DNA from: Paraspadella gotoi
Taxonomy: Eukaryota > Animalia > Chaetognatha
Length of the DNA stretch: 21,712 bases
Assembly: GCA_051294375.1 (NCBI GenBank)
Contig: JBJCIZ010000490.1
Location: 1-21,712, forward strand
Direction of reading: 5' to 3'
Each line of letters opens with the position of its first letter. The stretch's first letter is position 1. The notes under the pieces were generated by a model. That model worked only from the letters and a program-made list of their open reading frames with translations. It ran no database searches and was not told the origin of the DNA. This document shows, in pieces, positions 1 through 10,492 of this stretch. A program made the position numbers and the translations under genes.

Positions 1-35
<35 letters not shown>

Positions 36-165
36 ACTTCTTCGCTCCACATTCAAACCGTTGTACTTTTCCCTTTGAACTCTCTTCGCGTAAAAGGACT
101 ATGTCTCGCTCTCGCGCGGAAGTGGGCGTGTACGAGGCTCAACCCGTGGCCTCTTTTCACATCCA

Positions 166-246
166 AGGGTGAAGGGTGAGAGGGTGAGGAAGGGTGAGGA
201 AGGGTGAGAGGGTGAGGAAGGGTGAGGAAGGGTGAGAGGGTGAGGA
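166..246 (+). repeat. G-rich tandem repeat, 9 AGGGTG cores, with a higher-order 28-bp period (8+10+10)
   Basis: Cores at 166,173,181,191,201,209,219,229,237. The block AGGGTGAG-AGGGTGAGGA-AGGGTGAGGA occurs at 173-200 and 201-228, and partially at 229-246. Confidence 0.9.
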
Positions 247-324
247 AGAGAAAAAAGTCTTAAACTGGAAAACAAGGAAAAAGAAAAGAAACATAAAAAC
301 CGACGGAAGAAAAAGAAAAAAAAA

Positions 325-644
325 NNNNNNNNNNNNNNNNNNNNNNNNNNNNNNNNNNNNNNNNNNNNNNNNNNNNNNNNNNNNNNNNNNNNNNNNNNNN
401 NNNNNNNNNNNNNNNNNNNNNNNNNNNNNNNNNNNNNNNNNNNNNNNNNNNNNNNNNNNNNNNNNNNNNNNNNNNNNNNNNNNNNNNNNNNNNNNNNNNN
501 NNNNNNNNNNNNNNNNNNNNNNNNNNNNNNNNNNNNNNNNNNNNNNNNNNNNNNNNNNNNNNNNNNNNNNNNNNNNNNNNNNNNNNNNNNNNNNNNNNNN
601 NNNNNNNNNNNNNNNNNNNNNNNNNNNNNNNNNNNNNNNNNNNN
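325..644. other. Assembly gap (N run)
   Basis: Run of N. Confidence 0.99.
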
Positions 645-869
645 AATGATATTGCAAAGGTTTTCTGTAGCTACTTTTCGACATAGACAAAAGAAATGTG
701 GATAAAAATAGAAGTTCGCTCTCTCTCTCTCACTCTTTCTCTCTCTCTCTCTCCATCCCCCCTCCCATTCCGTTACATCAGTCTCGTCTTTTCGGGTCAT
801 ATTTATAGCATCTAGTTTATGATGCTCTGAAATATGGTGCTCGGCCGCCGAAGGATCGGAACCTCGCCG

Positions 870-967
870 CGTGATTTCGCCGAATCACGTGATCGTACGA
901 CCTCACGTGACCGAGTTAGAGCGAAGTCACGTGATTCGAGCTTGTCTCTCGATCGCGACTTCCGGAA
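870..967. promoter_or_regulatory. CpG-rich cluster of palindromic E-boxes plus an ETS-like site; candidate promoter/enhancer
   Basis: TCACGTGA at 885-892, 903-910 and 927-934, a variant CGCGTGA near 868-874, and ACTTCCGG at 958-965. These match bHLH-ZIP (USF/MiT-TFE) and ETS consensus motifs; function is inferred. Confidence 0.45.
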
Positions 968-1167
968 ACGAGACAAGTTTTCTTTCTGGGTGAGAGTTTT
1001 TACTTTTAACAAAAGGAGGAAAAAAAATAACGCGTATCTTTCAACGTTAATTTTTGTTGTACTGAAAGTTTGATGCGAAACTTCAAAGGTTTAGAGAGAA
1101 ATACAAAACCATGCTCTTTGATCATTGCTCAAGTTGAAGAGTTTTTAATGTTTTTTGGTTAATTATA

Positions 1168-1456
1168 TCTTAACATTAATTTTTTCGGCGTCAGTGTCGT
1201 TTGTTCGTCAAATGGTGAAAATAATTTTAATTATGTCGACGTCATTTTCGTCGTCGTCGAAGCGTCGTCTTCGTCCTCATAGTCTTTGTCGTCGTCGTCG
1301 TCCTCATTGTCGTCGTCTTCGTCATCATCGTCGTCGTCGTTTGTCGTCATCCTACGTCAACTCCAGATTCACAGACGAAGTTCGTCGCATCTTTCGTCGT
1401 CGAAACCAAAAGAATCGAAAGACGATGGATTCAGACATAATTCTTTATGCGTTATG

Positions 1457-1488
<32 letters not shown>

Positions 1489-1560
1489 TGTCGCCGTCGT
1501 CGTCGTCATAGTCGATGACGTCTTGTCAGAACAGGAATTTATTCGTCTCATTCTCGCGCG
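1168..1560 (-). CDS. Candidate Asp/Glu-rich coding segment, broken by frameshifts
   Basis: Minus strand 1341-1261 reads NDDDDDDEDDDNEDDDDDKDYEDEDDA. Deviations from (GAC)n are mostly GAT/GAA/GAG/AAT, i.e. conservative in one frame. Flanking frames give QDVIDYDDDDGDSDDD and PFDEQNDTDAEKINVKI. Boundaries are approximate. Confidence 0.4.
1457..1508 (+). repeat. (GTC)n trinucleotide microsatellite
   Basis: Perfect GTC run ~1457-1487 with an imperfect continuation. Confidence 0.95.
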
Positions 1561-1623
1561 AGTTTCTCTTTATTATTTTTTCCCTCACAAAAAAAAAAAA
1601 AAAGAATAGAATTCCATCTCCGT

Positions 1624-1764
1624 NNNNNNNNNNNNNNNNNNNNNNNNNNNNNNNNNNNNNNNNNNNNNNNNNNNNNNNNNNNNNNNNNNNNNNNNNNNNN
1701 NNNNNNNNNNNNNNNNNNNNNNNNNNNNNNNNNNNNNNNNNNNNNNNNNNNNNNNNNNNNNNNN
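1624..1764. other. Assembly gap (N run)
   Basis: Run of N. Confidence 0.99.
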
Positions 1765-2600
1765 CGGCCGACATCGAGGGTAAGAAGCCATAACCGATTG
1801 CAATGACCATATATTTCAGGTGTTGTTGTCCGCCGTCGCTACCTTCGATATTTTCTGTTTGTCAGGACACCATAATTTCGATGGAGTTCCCCATTCCATC
1901 GGCTGAGGCTTTCCCTCGCTTCCCGACCTTGTTTTCTCGTTTCCTCGTTTTCTCGTTTCCTTGTTTCGTATCCTCCTTTATTGTTTTTTCCTATTTTTTT
2001 TTCTTCGCCTTCTGAGTTTTAACTCCCTTCTTTCCTCGCTAATAGCGACTTATGCAATTGAAACATTCTTTGAAACGTTATACCACTTTATAGATAGGGA
2101 TTACCTATTAGGGAAGCCTCTGGGAGTTAATTAAAGAGACTGTGATAAAGCTTGCAAAGTCCTGCTATGTCATTATCTTGTAAGAGTGATGGAGGCTTTA
2201 AGCCACCAAAGCTTGTCTAAAGTCAAGGACAATATATTCCTTCACAACAGGGACAATATAGCTTATTTATCACTCATTCCTTCACAACTTTCTATTTTTC
2301 TTTCCAAAGAAACAAAAAAATGGAAAAAAATATTCAAACTTCGTTTTCTAAATTTTTTTTCTCTTCTCTCTGAGGTTAAGTCAAAACCTTGTTAAGATTT
2401 TCTTCTTTCTTTGTCTCTTTTTTTCCTAAAAAGAAATAAAGAAAAAAGTCGGCAGTGGTTTTTGGTTGTGAGATCTCAATTCTTCTAATACGAAATTCGG
2501 GAGAAACTTTATTAAATCAACCAAAAGAAAATTTCATAAAAAGCCTCTTCCTTCTTTCGGCTCCTGAAAAAAGCGAGAATCAAGTTGCCGAAATTTTTTT

Positions 2601-2625
2601 NNNNNNNNNNNNNNNNNNNNNNNNN
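2601..2625. other. Assembly gap of exactly 25 N (placeholder-sized)
   Basis: 25 N. Confidence 0.98.
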
Positions 2626-3895
2626 GGGAGAGAGATTTCGAAGAGTGTATGCCTCTGTGTTTGTTGTTTCGACTTTCGAATTCATTCCTCGCGACGCGGT
2701 GGGGGGGGGGAAACGACGACGGTACGACGACGAACATGCGACTGATGACGACGATTGACGACGAGACGTCGACTGTCGACTGCTGTGGACTCTACGCGGT
2801 GCCCAATACCCTCTGTCTAGGAAAGTGAATAGTGGGTCTACGGAAAGACATTGCCCCTGTGGGGCAATTGTCAGTTAGCGATGCGCTTACCTTTGACAAG
2901 TAGAGACGGACGACGTCACGACCTGCGACTGTTTGACGATCGATCGACGGACGACGTACGGACGACTATACGAGAGCGAGTGAGCGTGACTTGACGTTAC
3001 GAGTGGTGACGACACGGCAGCCGGCCACTTCTTTTTCGTTGTTTATTTTGCACAAGTCATTGAAGTGTGCAACTGAAATCAAAATTGTCAGGTTTGATAC
3101 ATTCGTACGTCAATCGTCACAGGGTATCAATTTATGAGAGCTGAGAGGAACGATTATTTCTGAAATATGATTGTTGACAATGATGAGCACCGAGAGTATT
3201 ATTGTCACGAGGTATACGGGTGGACGAAAGCCGTGACGAATAGAGCCATGTGTGAAGATGTTCCTTATAGAGTGCGGATTTCTGGGCGCATGATGCTCTA
3301 GCGCACGATCGATGACGACGCGACGCCAACCGCATTCTTCCGTTTTATCTTTCATAATTTAAGGGTTTTGTTGCGGGTGCCATTTATCGTGTATTCTGTG
3401 TTTTAAATAAATATCCATTAAGTTTGTAGGTCTATTTATTCGAGAAGACCGAAGGCAGGTGCAACTGTAGCTGACGACGATGCGACAGCTGAGCGACGAA
3501 CAGTACGGAACGCGATGAGCTGATCGTACGAGTAATAGATCGAGCATCGATTGCGACCGAGACGGACTGACTATACAGACGATGGCGGGCCGGAGTCATG
3601 TGGACGAGGGCAATAGACAAGAGACCACACTCAGAGATCAAGTAAGAATCGGTATAAGGCCAATGCCTCAGAAAATGAAATAACTATGCGACGACGACGA
3701 CGACGAACAGACGAACGACGACGACGACGACGACAGACACGAGATTTTACCGGCAAAAGTCTCTGAGACGGCAAAGCGGAGGGGGGGGATGAAGGCGAGG
3801 AGAGGGGGGGTGGATGTTTTGGGTGGATGCGAAGTCGGAAGTGGGTTTTTCCTTGGTTCCGATGGTGTGGCCGGATGGAGTTAACGATTTTCGAA

Positions 3896-3906
3896 GGAGA
3901 GAGATG

Positions 3907-3984
<78 letters not shown>
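3896..3984 (+). repeat. Imperfect (GA)n microsatellite
   Basis: GA dinucleotide run with single-base interruptions. Confidence 0.95.
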
Positions 3985-3985
<1 letters not shown>

Positions 3986-5100
3986 TCGGTGGAAGCGAGA
4001 AATATCTCTCCGACGGTCGTTACTGACTTTGATCCTGCGTTATATCCAAAAGTTTTTAGATGAAAATCGCAAATTGAGTTATTTTCCTTTTTTTTATGTG
4101 AGATATCGGGGGGGGTGAGGCAGCGAAAGGGCGGGTAAGGTTGCAGGTGAGGAAAATTACGAAGCAGGTGTGAAGGGAGGATAAAATGATATTTTCCGAT
4201 CGAATGGAGCGACTCGATTAGTGTGCGGGAACTTTACATTGGAAAGACGAGGAGGTTAAAATTTATGAAAAGGTAAGTTACGATAAATGGTGGAAAAGAG
4301 GTAGCGATTGTAGGATGGGACGAAGAAAGGTTCACGGAGGAAGGAAAGTGGAGGAAGGAAAAAGTAGAAGGTAAGTAAGGTAAGTTTTGGGAAAATGGAA
4401 GCGGAAGATAAAGCTATAGAGGAAGCGGAGGAAGGATAGAAAAGAAGGTAGGAAGTGTGTTTTTCTTTGATCACATGAATATGACAAGGAACTGAATAAA
4501 CAATGCTTTCCTTAGCCCTTGTATTTGATGACGATGTAGGCCATACGTTGCAGAGAGCGAAAGTTGAGTATAGGTTTTTTGTAATAGCCTTATAGTTTTA
4601 GGATTTTCTGAAAGGAGGCGCTAGCAAGTGCCCTTAAGGAGTTTGGAGGTTTTTTTCTGTCTTAACAAATGAGCACAGTGTGCATACCGTCTAGTGCAAA
4701 TCAATGCCATGTTTTAATCGTAAGTGGGACAGAACGAGATCGGCATCAGGACATACCCGACGTGCGAACGACCGACGTGACCGAGCGAAAGTGACTTATA
4801 GAGTGCTGATCGCCGCGGTCGCGAACTAAGAAAGAAGGAAGATGAGGATCAAGATGGATAGCAGGGAATTCCTTCGGCGGATGGATAACAGATTGAGAGA
4901 AAAAATTGTCGTGAGGCCTTTTGTTCGTCGAAAGGACTTCGCATCTCTTCGTCTCCATGGAAACGAGAAACGCGAAAAAGAAAATTGTCCCGAATCTCGA
5001 TTTTTGGCGAAAAAAAAACCCCGAGATTTTAATCAAGGTTGCGTGTGGCTCCCTCCTCTTAGTCTTACTTCTACTATCTTCTAAATCCTCTCTCGTGCTC

Positions 5101-5115
5101 TCTCCTATCTCTCTC

Positions 5116-5173
<58 letters not shown>

Positions 5174-5180
5174 TTCTCTC
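5101..5180 (+). repeat. (CT)n microsatellite
   Basis: Long CT run. Confidence 0.95.
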
Positions 5181-5220
5181 ATTGAACCTGAATTTATATT
5201 GCTGCCGTGTTTTTGTTTGT

Positions 5221-8042
5221 TTACAGTGAATCCGCCAGAAGGGATTTTTCCTGCACGTGGATTCTCGCTTTTGGTCGCCATATTTTTTTTTCGTCGTTGA
5301 AATCTTGGCGGAAGAAGCTTCTGCGGGACGGCTGGCAGCGGTGGCGGCGGTTTTTAAAAAGTGGGTGGCAAGTGTCGGTGAGAGTTTGACGGCGGCGGCG
5401 AGCGGCTTGCGGCGCGGGCGGCGGTGACAACAGCGGCGTAGATTCATCAAGACAATCAGTGAGAACGGCCGAGGAGCTTCGCGAAAGGTCGCCTTCCCTT
5501 GCTTTTACATCTCTCTCTCTCTCTCTCCTCGCTTCTCTCTCTCTGCTCTCTTTTATTTTTTTTTTTTTCCCTTTCCTTAAAACTTCCGCCGGCTTTCCTC
5601 TCTCTGTTCTTTTTGACTTCTTTCACTTTTCCATCCACCTCCAGCTCCTCGTCTTTTCCTCCCGTGTCTCCCTCTCTCTTCATACCCCTCCCTATTCTTT
5701 TTTAGCTTCCCTCTTCAATTTCTTCCTCATATCATCTCTCTGCTCCTTCTCATCAGTCAAAAATCAATGATCAAATTTTTCAATCCTCACCGCCAAACCT
5801 GAGCGCAAACTATTCCCCTCCAGATTTTATGAATTGGCGGAGTCAGTTACACGGCTGCCGTGAATGTCTGATCGCAGATCTTTCTATCCCTCTCTCTCTC
5901 TCCTCTCTCATCTCCGTACTCCTCTCGTCTCTCTCTCTCCTCTCTCCCTCTCATCTCTTTCGCTCATTCTCTCTCTCTCTCTCTGCCGGCAAATGATTTT
6001 CCACTCGCGTTCGTCTCGAGGCATCGAGGGCGTCCTTCATTCCGAGACATCCATACCACAGTTTCCCTTCACTCTTTTGGCATTTCTCCTTTTTTAGTAT
6101 CCTTTTTTGCCTTTTCTTTTTTTTTTTTTTTTTCACTGTTCTCTTCTCTTTCTCCTTCTCTCTACATTCTCTCTCTTCTTTTCTCTCTCTTGCCGCTTCT
6201 CTTCTTCGATTCTCCTTCTTTTGTTTCTTTTCTCCATTTTCTCATTTTTCCCGCCATGCTTTTGCTTCCCGCCTTTCTTTCCGTCACCCCTTTCCTCGCT
6301 CTCTCCTTCACCTCCTCCTCCTCCCTCCTCCTCACCTCCTCCCTGCCTCCGCTCTCCCCTCTCGCCTCCTCCCTCCTTCCGCCTCTTCGGCATCTGGATT
6401 GATCTTTTGTTTTCGCATCCTCGGATTTCCGCTCCATTTCCTCGTCGCGTCTTCATCGCACCGGAAGCCGTTCTCGCAATCTCTGCTCGCCACTCCACTT
6501 ACCCACCCACTTACCCTAAAGGCCGCATTACTCACGCGCCACCATACCACGACGACCGTATTGATCAGGCGCCTCTCTGCTTTTAAGGTTTCGGCGGCGG
6601 CGTCTCTCTCTTCTTCGTCGCGGCGTCTTCCGGTGGGGTGCCGATTTTTTGGCGCGGAATCCATCGATTGGAACCGACCGCGAAGGGTCCATCAGCGAAA
6701 GGTCGAAGTCCAATCTGTCCGAGATGCGAGAGCGGCGAGGCGCGCGTCGTGGAGGTCGGCGGAGGAGCTGCGCGGGAGGCGGGCGAGGAGCGGCGGAGGC
6801 GCCGGAGGCGGCTGCGGAGGCAAGGTCGTTTTTTCCCGCCAAATGGTTCTCGTCAGAACCTTTGAACCTTCAGATCGTTCGTCTATAGTAATTTCTTTTT
6901 GGTTTTTGAAGAATAATTTACTGGCTTTCGGTTCAACAGCTATTTTAAGTCCATGATCAACAAGCAATCCCTCAGACCGCAAATTAACAAGGCAAAGCAA
7001 GCAAAAGAAATCTCCAGTACTTCTTGTGAGACGTTTAAAACTAGCAGATTGCATCTTGCCTTCCGGTTCCACGCCCATTTCCGGTTTTCCAACTTCCGGG
7101 TCTCCACCTTCTGGTTTTTCAACGATCAAGAGAAGTCGTTGGCGTCGCTTGATTTTATAATTCTCTCTCCTCTCTCTCTCGTCTCTCTCCTCTCTCTCTC
7201 TCCTCCTCCTCTCTCTCTCTCTCTATCTTCTCTCTCACACACAAACACACACCACTCACTCCTCTCTAATCTCTCTCTCTCTTCTTCTCTCTCCTCTCTT
7301 TCTCTCTATCTCTCTATCTCTCTCTCTCTCAGTCAGCTTTCGCTCTCCGGAGTTTTCCAGGAAAGTCGCGAGTCGTGCGTCGGTCCCTCTGGTCAATCTG
7401 TCTAAGCCTTCTTTACGTTTTCGGCACTCAGTGGTACGAGTTTTTGGTAAAAGGTAAGATAGCTCTAACGGGTGGAAATCTGCCATCGAGGATCCGGCGG
7501 TTCCCTGATGAGCGCCTTCTTCTCTTTTTCCTTTCTTCTTTTTTTTTCCTTTTTCTTTTTGTTCCCCTTTACTTTCTCCGTCCTTTTTCTCTTTTTCCTG
7601 CCCCCCGCGCTCTACGATCTACATTTGGTTGCTACTGCCGGGAATTTTTCCTCTTCCTCTTCCCTCCGCTCTCTACTCAGCCACGTAAGACAACCCAAAA
7701 GAGCCACGAATTGGCGGCCCGCCGGCCGCAAGTTCTGCGCTGTGCGTGGCAGGTCTTCTATTCTCGCGCGGGCGCCCGTCTCACGACTGGGCCCCGGCTG
7801 CGGCGGCGCCCTCTAGCGGCGCCAGGCGCCTCTTCAATACACGCCGTATTACCTTCCGCATGTTCCTTGATTACTGCGGTCCCATTTAACGCGTCGATTA
7901 TCATACTTCTCTGTTTTCCGCTCGCATCGCTCGGTTCGGTGAGGTCGTGGTCGGAAGCCAGAAGCAAAAGACATCAAATTTGGTTCGGGCATAGGCCGCG
8001 GAAGACTCTCTCTTCTCTCTCTCTCCTCTCTCGACCTAGGTC

Positions 8043-8082
<40 letters not shown>

Positions 8083-8090
8083 CATCATTC
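5221..8090 (-). pseudogene. Frameshift-fragmented (by sequencing error or decay) candidate gene for a large E/K/R-rich protein
   Basis: The minus strand is consistently purine-rich, with a chain of protein-like ORF pieces at 7758-7967, 7256-7486, 6692-7129, 6528-6842, 6332-6664, 6133-6498, 5951-6136 and 5456-5683. Exon structure cannot be resolved. Confidence 0.3.
6692..7129 (-). CDS. Hypothetical protein fragment with xxPE repeats and a C2H2-like zinc-finger motif lacking the last His
   Basis: 145-aa ORF of mostly normal complexity. FFCLLCLVNLRSEGLLVDH (7009-6953) fits F-x-C-x2-C-x3-L-x5-L-x2-H. The N-terminal PE repeats are spaced 15/15/18 bp, which preserves frame. Confidence 0.4.
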   Translation of the reverse strand: MIVEKPEGGDPEVGKPEMGVEPEGKMQSASFKRLTRSTGDFFCLLCLVNLRSEGLLVDHGLKIAVEPKASKLFFKNQKEITIDERSEGSKVLTRTIWREKTTLPPQPPPAPPPLLARLPRSSSADLHDARLAALASRTDWTSTFR

Positions 8091-8746
8091 ATCGTCGTCT
8101 CTCTCTTTCACCCACAGGTGCCCATATTCTTTTTCCCCTCATGATGATGATTTCGTTTTCCCTTCGCTCCCACCAGAAGGCCGCGATCGTTTCGTAACAA
8201 ACTTTTTCATCTCCTGATCCGGGTTTTTTGGGGGGGGGGGAGGGAGGAAAAAGGAGGGGGGATTGGGAAAGGTGATTTTGTGAGTCCAGGGGTTTGTGAA
8301 TTTGGTGATAGAATGGTTAAGAGCGGTTATGTGGTGTTGGTAGAAATAATAATACGATTCCCCGATCTAATCAGACTGAAGGGGAATGGGTCCTTTTATA
8401 ACATTTGAAACATTCTGAAGCCTTGTGCTCGTGGGAGTGAAAAACGAACTGTGTGAGAGTCTTGATTGAAAGCCTGTGCAATATCATGTATCATGTAGAA
8501 GAGTGAAGTGAAGGTCTTAAACACACCGAAGTCCCAAAGTCACGAGCAAAATAGCCTTATTTATTAAATGAAAAGATAATTTTATTATTCGGTTGAACCA
8601 ATTTGAAAAAATGGGATCCATGACCAGTTTTTATTTCTTCAAAGAGCTTACTCGCGTATTATTAAAAGCGGTCGCGAAACGAAGCTTCACACGCGTTTAT
8701 GAAGCAGCCTCTCCTTCCCTGCCCCCCCCCTGCCCTCCCAACCGAA

Positions 8747-8825
8747 GGGCGAGTGAGAGAGAGAGTCACTCCCCGAACGCCAAAAGGGTCGAGTGAGCAG
8801 AGAGTCACTGACCCGAACCCACAAA
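8747..8825 (+). repeat. Two tandem ~40-bp copies, each forming a hairpin
   Basis: GGGCGAGTGAgagagagagTCACTCCCCgaacgccaaaa (8747-8785) and GGGTCGAGTGAgcagagagTCACTGACCCgaacccacaaa (8786-8825). Confidence 0.75.
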
Positions 8826-8940
8826 CGATTAAGACCGTGGAAAAGATCATTATGTAATCCGAAAGGCGAGAGGGAACAATCTCAGGTCGTGCGCCATTAA
8901 ATGGAATAAGGATCCTGCTTTTTTTGTTGGGCAAAAAGTT

Positions 8941-9045
<105 letters not shown>

Positions 9046-9811
9046 CGTTATCGTAAACGCGAACGGGCCGACGGGGTGCCAAGCACGCCCCGGGGGGTGA
9101 TTATACGAGTCATTAGAATTTCGATAAAAGCCCATCGAGATTTTCTTCGCAACCCCACCCCCCGTCCCCCGTCCCCGCCCCAGGCGTTGCACCTTAACCA
9201 TCTGTCCACCACACGCCATCATGCCACGCAAATATCCTCTTCTCAATCACATTCCAAAAAAGATGACGAGCGATGAAACCTTTAAATTTTTCCTTTCCCT
9301 CTCGAAATGGAAGGAATATAATACGATGGATTCAATATTTTTTTTAGACCGCGCGAAAAAAACTTTAAAAATTGTCTAGGATTTGGGATGAATCTTATGT
9401 TTTAAGTTTGAATAATTTTTGTTGAGGGTCTGCGCTGTAATATTTTTTAAATGTCATAATATTAAGGGAACAAATGCCAAAATAGCGACAGGACCGGCTT
9501 TCTTGAGCGCGAAACCACTTCAGTGCAGTCAAATCTACGAAAAAGTGCAACCATCTACTAACGAAAATTCTACACCGGAAACGTGCAAAAAACACGTCAA
9601 TTACAAATTAAACATTTAAAAGTCGAACCAAAATTTTATGTTTCCCCAAATTGTAATAAAGATTTTTTTTCTTAATTTTCGATTTTTGTGAATGAAAATT
9701 ATTTTCACGGCGCAAAAAAGTGGTTTTTTTTACTTTGAAAATTTAAAACTGATCAGGAGGAGATTGGGAAATTTGGTAAAAGTAAAGAGCGAGAGATGAG
9801 GAGCAGAGAGA

Positions 9812-9845
<34 letters not shown>

Positions 9846-10046
9846 GAGAGAGAGGGAGAGATGTAGAGAGAGGGGGGGTGGAGTTGGAAAGTAGACGAGT
9901 CACTGTTGAGTGTTAAGTGTAGATACCTAGTGCGCATCGCCTTCATCCAGTGCCAGCATTTCTCATTCTCGTCTGCTCCTGTCTTCTTGGTGATGGTGGC
10001 GTGCGTGCGTGGCGGGTTTTCTCTCTCTCTCTCTCTCTCATTCCTC

Positions 10047-10092
<46 letters not shown>

Positions 10093-10132
10093 TCGTAATC
10101 AACAACAACGAAACGCCGTTTCTCTCGATTCA

Positions 10133-10492
10133 ATGACGCTTTCGGAGGATTGCGGCTCGTGGAGAAAAGGAATCGCCTGAAGAGGCCGACGACGACGAAC
10201 GACGAAACGACGACGACGACGACAACGACGTCATTTCACGCGGACGTGACTCGAAAAAAAAAGTGGTCGGCTTCGGAATCACCGGACGTTTACTTCAGCC
10301 GAGGGCGCGATTCACCCGCGCGACGCGGCGGGCCGCGAACGGGCGGCGTGACGCGGGCCGGCGCGAGCAACAGCTATCGCGGGATTTTTTCGATTTGGCG
10401 TCACTTTGTCGCCCGAAGGAGAAACGAAGTCACTGGTGAATTGAATGAGGTGTATCGGAATTTTGTGTGAGGAGGGGGATGTGAGAATAAAG
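10133..10492 (+). CDS. Candidate exon (indel-garbled left-arm copy), Asp-rich N-part, ending at a GTGAGT donor
   Basis: The frame from 10161 reads GEKESPEEADDDERRNDDDDDNDVISRGRDSKKKVV. The segment ends GAT GTG AGA ATA AAG|GTGAGT (donor at 10493). The mirror copy is at 21466-21712. Confidence 0.25.

Noticed and set aside
99-800. 233-aa and 177-aa ORFs (also the ORFs over 1515-1810, 18178-19203 and 20000-20278)
   Set aside because: They are open only because they cross N gaps.
834-1073. SRD-repeat ORFs on both strands resembling SR proteins
   Set aside because: SRD arises from the palindromic TCACGTGA motif on both strands. The ORFs are short and have no RRM.
1765-1790. GCCGACATCGA resembles the antisense of a conserved LSU rRNA segment
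   Set aside because: Only ~11 nt match, and the following sequence does not continue as rRNA.
2847-2872. GC-rich hairpin GACATTGCCCC-TGT-GGGGCAATTGTC as a Helitron end or terminator
   Set aside because: There is no CTRR end at the expected distance and no U-tract; it is isolated.
4141-4480. Purine-skewed stretch as a retroelement fragment
   Set aside because: No RT, RNase H, integrase or endonuclease motif is recognisable.
5850-5890. Minus-strand KICDQTFT as a second zinc finger
   Set aside because: The first Cys is absent and a stop follows; too weak without polished sequence.
7060-7114. ETS-site cluster (TTCCGG x3)
   Set aside because: The spacing in multiples of 3 inside an ORF is better explained as coding PE repeats.
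7375-8217. 280-aa plus-strand ORF (and other S/L/F-rich plus-strand ORFs in 5459-6956)
   Set aside because: Pyrimidine-rich low-complexity sequence is depleted of stop codons, and the protein-like signal is on the opposite strand.
10081-10112. CTCTCTCTCA...CAACAACAACG resembling a PacBio SMRTbell adapter (also the CT spacer at 17741-17842)
   Set aside because: Each has only half of the adapter pattern, which is explained by local microsatellites.
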